The notes below the pieces were generated by a model that was not told the origin of the DNA, searched no databases, and was given only the letters and a program-made list of their open reading frames with translations. Shown here in pieces: positions 30,346-38,012 of a stretch of DNA of 64,000 nt (the stretch's first letter is position 1; each line of letters begins with the position of its first letter). The translations under genes were made by a program, and so were the position numbers. Source of the DNA: Acidobacteriota bacterium (GTDB taxonomy: Bacteria; Acidobacteriota; UBA6911; RPQK01; JAJDTT01); contig OZ253580.1 in the NCBI GenBank assembly GCA_965263035.1, positions 1,280,001-1,344,000 of the forward strand, written 5' to 3'.

Positions 30346-30798
30346 CTATGCCGGCAACCCCGTCATCGACTGGGGAGAGAGACGGGGCCGCTGGGGCCCG
30401 ACGGCATTGATGGGCTGGGATCCGATACGCGGAGTGTACACGGCCCATATGGAGGTCTGCCGTCATCGGAGATGTCCCCGGAACCGGCGTCTGATCGGAC
30501 GGGCCGAAAGCCCGGACCTGATCCGCTGGACCGAATCCGTTCCCATCCTGGTTCCCGATTCCGGCGATCCCCCCGACACCGAGTTCTACAGCTTCTGGGC
30601 GATTCCCTACCACGGCAGGATCGCGGGAATGCTCTGGACCTTCCGGACCACGAACACGGTCATGTACCCTCAGTTCACCTTCAGCCGCAACGGAATCCAC
30701 TACGACCGGCGGTTTCGCGAGCCCCTGATTCCCCTGGGCGCGAACGGCGCCTTCGACAGCGTGCTGCAGCCCGTCGTCCACGGCGAAAGGATATTCAT

Positions 30799-32042
30799 GG
30801 GGATTATATGCCTAAGTGCCGAGAATTCAGGCTGATGGTTTACAATTCCTACCATGAAAGGCCACGCAACTATCCAGTGCAGAGCCAAGCTGTCCAAGGG
30901 TGGAATCCGGCGGTTGGACGGGGTGAGGTCCATCCTGAATCGGCTGTACAACGCTGCACTGGAGGAACACAGGACGGCCTGGGAATCCGAGCAACGCGGC
31001 GTGACCCTGTACGATCAGATGAAGGGGTTGACCTCCAAAAGGAAGGAGGATCCGGAGGGGCTCGGGTCAGTGGCGGTCAAGGCGGAGCGGGGGATGCTGG
31101 TTCGGTTGGACCGGGCCTTCAAGGCGTTCTTCCGTCGCTGCAAGGCGGGGGAGAAGCCGGGGTATCCTCGATTCCGGCCCATTGCGAGGATGGAGACCAT
31201 CGACGTCGTCGACCCCAAAGCGACCATGGTGAAGAAGCGCGCTCGGGGCTACGCCATCCGGCCCAAGGGCTTTCCGACGATCCGGATATTTCCCTCCCGG
31301 CCGTTGCCGGACGGATGCCCGTTGAAAGCGTTGCGGATTGTCCGCAAGCCGAACCGGGTGTATGTGGACCTGACCTACGAGGTGGAGAAGCCGCCGCTAC
31401 CGAAATGCGAGTCTTCGGTGGGGATCGACCTGGGAGTCCGCAAGCGAGCGGTGCTGTCCACGGGTGAGAGGATCGAACGGAATCGACGGGACTGGGGGGA
31501 GATCCGAAAGCAGCAGAGAAAGGTCTCCAGGTGCAAGAAGATTTCCAAGACCAGACGGAAACGGATCGTACAGCTATCTCGGCTCCGTCACCGGGAATCG
31601 GTCCGAAACCGTAATGCCTGCCATCGTCTCTCCACCAGGATCATTCGTGAGCACGGTCTGATCGCTGTGGAGAAACTGAACATCCAAGGGATGGTGACGA
31701 AGGGCTCGAAGAAGAAGGGGCTGAATCGAGAAATAATGACGCAATCATGGAGGCTTCTGCGGAATCAACTCCAGTACAAGGCAGAATGGGCCGGTCGGAA
31801 GTTCGTAGAAGTGAATCCCGCATATACATCGCAGGACTGCCACCGGTGCGGCGCCCGCCACGATCCAGGACGGAGCGAAACCTTCCGGTGCAGGGCCTGC
31901 GGACTTGGAATGGACAGGGACCACAATGCCGCCCTGAACATTCTCAGGGCTGGGGTTCTTGCCCTGGGCACCGGAACGTATCTCGTTGGGGAAAGCGTGG
32001 TGCCAGAACTGTATGCCAATGGCACTTAGGTATATAAGCCCC
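30799..32042 (+). mobile_element. Non-autonomous TIR element (IS1595/ISNwi1-like ends) carrying tnpB
   Basis: Left end GGGGATTATATGCCTAAGTGCC, right end GGCACTTAGGTATATAAGCCCC (20/22 inverted match); ATATTCAT duplicated at 30791-30798 and 32043-32050; no transposase. Confidence 0.88.
30854..32029 (+). CDS. tnpB: RNA-guided endonuclease TnpB
   Basis: RLYNAAL, GYPRFR, RuvC-I GIDLG, RuvC-II AVEKL, LQYKAEWAGR, zinc finger TSQDCHRCG...FRCRACG, RuvC-III DRDHNAALNI. Confidence 0.93.
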   Translation: MKGHATIQCRAKLSKGGIRRLDGVRSILNRLYNAALEEHRTAWESEQRGVTLYDQMKGLTSKRKEDPEGLGSVAVKAERGMLVRLDRAFKAFFRRCKAGEKPGYPRFRPIARMETIDVVDPKATMVKKRARGYAIRPKGFPTIRIFPSRPLPDGCPLKALRIVRKPNRVYVDLTYEVEKPPLPKCESSVGIDLGVRKRAVLSTGERIERNRRDWGEIRKQQRKVSRCKKISKTRRKRIVQLSRLRHRESVRNRNACHRLSTRIIREHGLIAVEKLNIQGMVTKGSKKKGLNREIMTQSWRLLRNQLQYKAEWAGRKFVEVNPAYTSQDCHRCGARHDPGRSETFRCRACGLGMDRDHNAALNILRAGVLALGTGTYLVGESVVPELYANGT

Positions 32043-32062
32043 ATATTCATCTACTACCGGGG
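31945..32062 (+). ncRNA. Predicted 3' part of the TnpB omegaRNA scaffold plus flank-derived guide
   Basis: Stems CAGGGC/GCCCTG, GGCACC/GGTGCC, an AGAA linker, stem TGTATGCC/GGTATATA; loop TGGGG complementary to terminal CCCC(A). The 5' end is unknown. Confidence 0.55.
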
Positions 32063-32489
32063 GCGGAACTGGCGGGCTCCGGGGCAACTGGACCGGCTGG
32101 GCGAAGCGAGGGCTCAGGGAGCCGTCGGCCTGGCGGTGCTGCCGCTGGACGGCTTCATCTCCCTGGACGGAGCCGCCACGCCCGGCGATTACAGCGAAGT
32201 GGTCACGCGCTCCTTCGTCTTCTCCGGAAACATCCTCCTCCTCAACGCGCAGGCCGGGATACCGTCCCAAGGCAACGTGGCCGAGGTCCGTGTGGAGATC
32301 CTCCGGCCCGACTCCTTCCCCGTCCCGGGCTACAGGTTCGAGGAGACCGACCTGGTGGACGCCGCGGGTCCGGCGAGCGCCGCGAGCTGGCGGGGTGGAG
32401 ACGGGGACGTGGGCCGGCTGGCCGGCCAACCCGTCAAGCTCAAGTTCTACTTCCGGCACACCAAACTGTACTCCTTTCAATTCCGGTAA

Positions 32490-32647
32490 CAGTCCGTGGT
32501 GAAAGTCCCGCGAGCACCGAGACCGTTCCTGCGCCCGCCGGACAAGGCGCGATTCGGGAGCATACCGGGAGTATGTGACCGAATCGCAACGCAGTCCGCC
32601 GGGATGCAGGGACGGTCGAATGCCGTGACGACTTTTGCCACGGGCTG
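32490..32647 (+). mobile_element. MITE family B, copy 3 (158 bp)
   Basis: Near-identical to 24786-24943; GTAA/GTAA duplication that includes the upstream TAA stop codon. Confidence 0.88.
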
Positions 32648-32657
32648 GTAAGGACCG

Positions 32658-34241
32658 ATGAAGGCTCCCCTTGCGGCAATCCTATCCTTGTCTCTCGGCG
32701 GTCAGTGTCTCGCCGAGCTCATCGAGATCGGCACCCGGAAGCAGCTTTTCTTCGACGACAACCTAATCGAAAGCAGGACCGGGGCCCGGCAGGTGCTGAA
32801 TCCGGCCGTCAAGCTGGCCGGCAATCCCGTGGTCCGGCAGGACAGGCCCTGGGAAGGCAACGACATCAAGTACGGCAGCCTCGTCTACGATCCCGAACGA
32901 AGGCTATTCAGGATGTGGTACTGGAGCCAGACGGTCGAAAAGAGGGACAAGGAGGATCACTACGACGCCAGGAAAGCCTGCTACGCCGTCTCCCGCGATG
33001 GCTACCACTGGGAGAAGCCGGCGCTGGGCCTGGTGGAGTTCGAGGGATCGACGGCAAACAACATCCTGGGCGAAGAGAGCTACCCCCAGGAGAAGCACGG
33101 CACGACGACCGAACCCGGCAGGTTCAAGGGCGGCATCTTCCTCGACCCGGTCGAAAAGGATCCCCGGAAGAGGTACAAGGCGTTCTCCCGCTCCTGGGCC
33201 GAGGGGGCGGTACCGGGGACCGATCTTCCCAAGGGCTTCCGGGTCTGGAATCTCTTCACCTCCCCCGACGCATTCCGCTGGACGCCCTACCCCGGGAATC
33301 CCGTCATCGAGCCGAAGGGTGTCCCGAAACGACATCCGGAGGGGGAACCCTGGGCTAGACGGAAGGGCTATCAAGGATACCTCTGGGGACCCACGTCGAT
33401 GATGGGGTGGGATCCGATTCGTCAAGTCTATGCCGCGTACATGGAGAACTGCCAACACAAGCGATGCCCCCTCCGGAAGCGGGTGATCGGCCGGGCCGAA
33501 AGTCCCGATCTCGTCAACTGGAGCGAACCCTCGACCCTTCTCGTTCCCGACGGCCAGGACCCGCCGGACCTCCAGTTCTACGCCCTGCATGTCTCCGCCT
33601 ACGAGGGGTATTACGTGGGCATGTTGTGGTGTTACCGGGCGTCGAGCCCGGCCACCCGATGGATCCAATTCGTCTTCAGTCGAGACGGGATCCGGTGGGA
33701 CCGCCGCTATCGCCGCCCCTTCATCCCGCTGGGCCCGCCCCCGGAATTCGATTCCGCCGTGATCGCCGCTCTGGCTCCCGTCGTCCACGACAACGAGATC
33801 TTCTGCCTCTACTACGGAAAGAACTTTCGTGACCGGCGGTTGGATCAGATCGGAGGTCCCGCCGTGGGAGCCATGGGCCTGGCGGTGCTGCCCCTGGACG
33901 GTTGGGTCTCGCTCGAGAACGACGATCAGACCCGCAACCGCTACGCGGAGGTGGTCACCCTTCCCTTCACGTTTTCGGGAAGCCGGCTCCAGGTCAACGT
34001 CGGCCCCCAGGTTGATGGAGAGAGCGCCCGCTTCAGCTTGAATGTGGAAATCCTGGCACCGGACCACTTCCGGGTGAAGGGCTACAGCTTCGAGGAGTCC
34101 GATTCCATCACTCGGGGAGGGGTGGCCCGGGTCGCAAGCTGGAATGGAGAGGACGATCTCAGCTCGTTGGCCGGGAAGCCGATCAAGCTGAAGTTCTACC
34201 TGAAGAACGCCCGGCTCTTCTCCTACCAGTTCGTCCCCTGA
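32658..34241 (+). CDS. Secreted beta-propeller GH-like protein (paralog 4)
   Basis: Signal peptide; IGTRKQLFFDD, CYAVSRDGYHWEKP, MENCQHKRC, DGWVSL, RLFSYQF. Confidence 0.78.
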   Translation: MKAPLAAILSLSLGGQCLAELIEIGTRKQLFFDDNLIESRTGARQVLNPAVKLAGNPVVRQDRPWEGNDIKYGSLVYDPERRLFRMWYWSQTVEKRDKEDHYDARKACYAVSRDGYHWEKPALGLVEFEGSTANNILGEESYPQEKHGTTTEPGRFKGGIFLDPVEKDPRKRYKAFSRSWAEGAVPGTDLPKGFRVWNLFTSPDAFRWTPYPGNPVIEPKGVPKRHPEGEPWARRKGYQGYLWGPTSMMGWDPIRQVYAAYMENCQHKRCPLRKRVIGRAESPDLVNWSEPSTLLVPDGQDPPDLQFYALHVSAYEGYYVGMLWCYRASSPATRWIQFVFSRDGIRWDRRYRRPFIPLGPPPEFDSAVIAALAPVVHDNEIFCLYYGKNFRDRRLDQIGGPAVGAMGLAVLPLDGWVSLENDDQTRNRYAEVVTLPFTFSGSRLQVNVGPQVDGESARFSLNVEILAPDHFRVKGYSFEESDSITRGGVARVASWNGEDDLSSLAGKPIKLKFYLKNARLFSYQFVP

Positions 34242-34262
34242 CCCGCAGCTTCGAGTGGAGTC

Positions 34263-36170
34263 ATGGTCGCTGGTTCAAATCCAGACGCACCGGGTAAAGG
34301 GAAGATGGCATGTGCCCGGGAGCTGAGAACCGGGTTGCTGCTCCTGCTGTGCTGCTTCGCACCGCCGGACCTGTATGCGGGGGAGACGGCGATCCGGCAC
34401 AGCACCTACGAGGAATTCATTCAGGGGTCCCTCGGAGACGGCGGCGCCCGCACCTACATCTCCCGCCGGGGCAGGGTTCAACTGATTCCGCGCTGGGACC
34501 TGAACCGGGACGGTTACCTGGACGTCGTCTTCAACCAGGACCACAATCCGGTCGAGAACGTGGACGCCTTCATCTACTGGGGAAGTGCGGAGGGATACCG
34601 GTCCCTCTTCCCTCCATTCTGGAAGGAGGTCCTGCCCACTTACAAGCTCTTCAAGTCCCTCGTTGAGAACCGCCGCCACATCTCCTTTCTCCCCACCTTT
34701 GGAGGCGGACCGGTCCGGGTGGCGGACCTGAACCGGGACGGCCATCCCGACATCGTGCTCATGAACCAGCTCAGCGGCCGGAAAGCGGGCGAAATTCCTT
34801 CGCTCATCTTCTGGGGGAACTCGGCCCATCACTACTCGGAGGCGAACGCGGCGCTCATTCCCGCCCCGGCGAAGCCCTACTTCTCGAAGGTCGCCGACTT
34901 CGATGACGACGGCTATCCCGACCTGGTCTTCTCGGGCGTGTCCCCCTTCCTGCTCTGGGGCGGGCCCCGGGGATTCCTACGAACCTTTCGCTTCGGGCTC
35001 GATGCCCGGACGACGGGGATCGACGTGGCGGATTACGATCGGGACGGCTACCTGGATGTCATCTTCCTGGTGATGTCCCGCGATCCCTCGGTGCGCCATT
35101 ACGGATTGATCTATCTCGGTGGAGCGGACGGGTTTTCGGCGGGCCGGACCCTGCGAGTCGCACCCCGGGCCTACAAGAGCCTGTACCTGGCCACCGCCGA
35201 CCTCGACCGGGATGGCTTCCTGGACCTGATCTTTGGGGGGACCGAGACGCCCGACCAGCTCTCGGAGATCGTCTGGGGCGGCCGGAGCGGGTTCTCCGAA
35301 AGACCCTCGACCCTGCTCAAGACCAACTGGGTCAATGTCCCGGCAGTCGCGGACCTGGACCGGAACGGCTGGCTCGACATCGTCTTTCCCGGCCGCATGG
35401 ACGCTCTGACCCAGTCGACCCACACCCGAAGCCTGATCATGTGGGGCGGCACCAACGGCTTTTCCGAGAAGAACCGGACCGAACTCGAGGCTTTCAATGC
35501 ATCCGTCATCCGGGTGTCCGACTTGAACCGGGACGGATCGCTCGACCTGGTTTCCAGCAACTACAAGGCGGAGCAGACCCGGCGCCTTCCCGTCTTCATC
35601 TATTGGGGCAGCGGCGGGGCCGGCTACGAAAACCGCCGCAGGACCGAACTTCCGGCGGAATCATCCTGCGGCATCCAGCTGCTGGACCTGAATCAGGACC
35701 GGTACCCGGAGATCGTCGTCAACAACCACATCAAGGATGGCGACCACAACTTCGGCGCCTACCTCTACTGGGGAGGCGAGGAGGGCTATTCCGTACAGCG
35801 CCGGACCCACCTTCCAACGGCGGGAACGCATTTCGCTCATGGGATCGCTCCCGGCAACATCTATGACCGGGGTCCTGAGTACGACTATCTGTCGCGGGTG
35901 CTCCCGATCCCGGACAAACGGCGCTTCCTGGTTCCTGAATGGAGGGGTGAGACACCCCACAACACCTCGATCCGCATGCAGCTTCGCTTCGGACCTGACC
36001 AGTCACCATTGACTGGCGCCGCCTGGAGGGAGACCGGCCGCGGGGAGTGCCACTCCCTGAATGAGGATTCCGCGGCCCTGCAATACCGTGCCGTCCTGGT
36101 ATCCCCGGATGGGGGCAACAGTCCCGTCTTGGAGCAAGTCGTCCTGCGTTTCGTGGACTCATGTCCCTGA
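34263..36170 (+). CDS. FG-GAP/VCBS repeat protein
   Basis: Repeated DLNRDG/DFDDDG/DYDRDG Ca-binding loops, each followed by IYWG-type motifs. Confidence 0.85.
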   Translation: MVAGSNPDAPGKGKMACARELRTGLLLLLCCFAPPDLYAGETAIRHSTYEEFIQGSLGDGGARTYISRRGRVQLIPRWDLNRDGYLDVVFNQDHNPVENVDAFIYWGSAEGYRSLFPPFWKEVLPTYKLFKSLVENRRHISFLPTFGGGPVRVADLNRDGHPDIVLMNQLSGRKAGEIPSLIFWGNSAHHYSEANAALIPAPAKPYFSKVADFDDDGYPDLVFSGVSPFLLWGGPRGFLRTFRFGLDARTTGIDVADYDRDGYLDVIFLVMSRDPSVRHYGLIYLGGADGFSAGRTLRVAPRAYKSLYLATADLDRDGFLDLIFGGTETPDQLSEIVWGGRSGFSERPSTLLKTNWVNVPAVADLDRNGWLDIVFPGRMDALTQSTHTRSLIMWGGTNGFSEKNRTELEAFNASVIRVSDLNRDGSLDLVSSNYKAEQTRRLPVFIYWGSGGAGYENRRRTELPAESSCGIQLLDLNQDRYPEIVVNNHIKDGDHNFGAYLYWGGEEGYSVQRRTHLPTAGTHFAHGIAPGNIYDRGPEYDYLSRVLPIPDKRRFLVPEWRGETPHNTSIRMQLRFGPDQSPLTGAAWRETGRGECHSLNEDSAALQYRAVLVSPDGGNSPVLEQVVLRFVDSCP

Positions 36171-36323
36171 CAGTCCCGGGCTCACAGCCACATTCAGGAG
36201 CGATCCCAAGGCGGGCCGGTACCGGGATGGCCGCCAAGTGTCGCTGGGTAGGATGACGAGGGGCTCCTTGCCTTGTCGCGCTGTTGCTTCCGCCCTTATA
36301 TAGTATTGGCCAGGAACCTGCAG

Positions 36324-37790
36324 ATGTTTTCTTCCTTCCTCCTTCGAACCTTCCGGATCGCAGCCGGTTTCCCGCTGCTGGCGTCGTGTCATCCCACGCC
36401 TGAACCAGCGGATGCGTCGGAATCCTTGGCGATCGGCGCGAGACTGGAACTGCTCCTGGACGACTATCTGATAGAGTCCCGCAGGAACCTGGAATTCGAT
36501 GTCCATCAGCCTCGGCCTGCAGAGAAAGTGATGACCTTCGAAGCTCCCTGGGAGGGCCCCTTCTGCGACTACTTCACCGTCTTCGAGGATAAGGGTGTCT
36601 TCCGAATGTACTATGCGACCCACCCACAAGCCGGCTTCGCCTCGGACACGGATCAGTTCACCTGTTATGCGGAGAGCACGAACGGAATCGACTGGACGAA
36701 ACCTTCGCTTGGAATCGTCCGTTTCCAGGGATCCGGGAACAACAACATCATCAATCGAGGCTGGACCGCTCACAACTTCAGCCCCTTCATCGACACGAAA
36801 CCGGGGACGCCTGCCGACCAACGATACAAGGCGGTCGGAGGCCATGCCCGGATCGGCGGTCTGAAGACCTTCGTCTCGGGCGATGGCCTTCACTGGCGCC
36901 TTTTGGCCGAAGAGGCCCGCATCACCAAGGGCAGCTATCCGGAACCCGTGGGTTTCGATTCGCAGAACATCGCCTTCTGGGACCCGCGCCGAGAAGCCTA
37001 CTTCGCCTATTTCCGAGTCAAACACAACGGCAAGCGGGCCATCGGAATCAGCTCCTCGGAAGACTTTCTCCACTGGTCGGATCCCGAGCTGGTACGAGTG
37101 GAAGCTCCTTCTCAGCAACACCTCTATACGAATGCGACGCTCCCCTATTTCCGAGCGCCTCACCTCTACCTGGCTTTTCCCATGCGATACGCTCCCGGCC
37201 ACCCCTCCTTCATCCCAGACACCAAGAGCGCCTGCGACGCTGTCTTGATGTCCAGCCGGGACGGCAAAAACTTCCAACAGCATTCCAGCGAGCCTTTTCT
37301 CTGGCCCGGTCCCGAGAAGGAGAACTGGACCAAGCACAGCAACATGCCGGCCTGGGGATTGCTGGCCACATCGGAGACCGAGTTGTCGGTGTACTACACC
37401 CAGCATTTCTATCTCCCCACCGCCCACTTGAGGCGAGGAACACTGGGTATCGACCGCTTCGTCTCCCTGCACGCTCCCCTTTCAGGAGGGGAGTGGACCA
37501 GCAAACCGCTGCAATTCTCCGGCGATGACCTGGTCCTGAATTACCGGACGAGCGCCGTCGGCAGCATCCGCGTGTCGATCCTGGACCGCGACGGGCAACC
37601 GCTGGACGGCTTCGGAATGGAACAGTTCCCCGAGATTTACGGCGACGAGATCGCCCGCACCGTATCCTGGGGAAACGGCGGGGCGAATCTGGCGAAGCTG
37701 AAGGGTCAAACCGTCCGCCTGCGTTTCGTGATGGAGGATGCGGATCTCTTCTCGATCCAGTTCCGGGAGGCCCAGGCGGGCGGTAGCTGA
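36324..37790 (+). CDS. Beta-propeller GH-like lipoprotein (paralog 5)
   Basis: LLASC lipobox; IGARLELLLDD, CYAESTNGIDWTKP, FDSQN, YFRAPH, DRFVSL, DADLFSIQF. Confidence 0.78.
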   Translation: MFSSFLLRTFRIAAGFPLLASCHPTPEPADASESLAIGARLELLLDDYLIESRRNLEFDVHQPRPAEKVMTFEAPWEGPFCDYFTVFEDKGVFRMYYATHPQAGFASDTDQFTCYAESTNGIDWTKPSLGIVRFQGSGNNNIINRGWTAHNFSPFIDTKPGTPADQRYKAVGGHARIGGLKTFVSGDGLHWRLLAEEARITKGSYPEPVGFDSQNIAFWDPRREAYFAYFRVKHNGKRAIGISSSEDFLHWSDPELVRVEAPSQQHLYTNATLPYFRAPHLYLAFPMRYAPGHPSFIPDTKSACDAVLMSSRDGKNFQQHSSEPFLWPGPEKENWTKHSNMPAWGLLATSETELSVYYTQHFYLPTAHLRRGTLGIDRFVSLHAPLSGGEWTSKPLQFSGDDLVLNYRTSAVGSIRVSILDRDGQPLDGFGMEQFPEIYGDEIARTVSWGNGGANLAKLKGQTVRLRFVMEDADLFSIQFREAQAGGS

Positions 37791-37824
37791 CGGGGTCGAA
37801 CGGGATAGTCGATTCTCGGCCCAG

Positions 37825-37983
37825 GAGCCTGCCCGGCAGAAATTAATCTACTGCGAAAGCGGTAGAATCGGTCCATATTTCCCCGATTTCTCGGCGAATA
37901 GAACAACTATGCACCTCCAAATCGGGAAAATCTGGCCTCGATTCCCCGCTTTCTCGCTACGATCATTCCTACCGCGCAGACTC
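37825..37983 (-). mobile_element. MITE family A, copy 3 (159 bp)
   Basis: Near-identical to copy 2; flanks CCAG/CCCG. Confidence 0.85.
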
Positions 37984-38012
37984 CCCGGTCCCTTCAACCT
38001 GGAGGACGGACG

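Larger units (their letters stand above)
29513..32489 (+). pseudogene. Beta-propeller GH-like gene (paralog 3) interrupted by a MITE and the TnpB element
   Basis: Removing 30188-30349 and 30799-32050 restores WEPY-AGNPVI and HGERIF-IYYRGRN..., colinear with the paralog at 32658 and ending KLYSFQFR at 32489. Confidence 0.88.

Noticed and set aside
30799-32042. IStron (group I intron + TnpB) that would splice out and rescue the host gene
   Set aside because: Only 55 bp precede the ORF, leaving no room for a group I core; the element ends in C rather than G, and the 8 bp duplication would shift the frame.
30854-32500. TnpB as a CRISPR-associated Cas12f/type V effector
   Set aside because: No repeat-spacer array and no cas1/2/4 nearby; the flanks are two halves of a host gene.
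33439-33480. c-type heme-binding site
   Set aside because: The motif is CxHxxC, not CxxCH.
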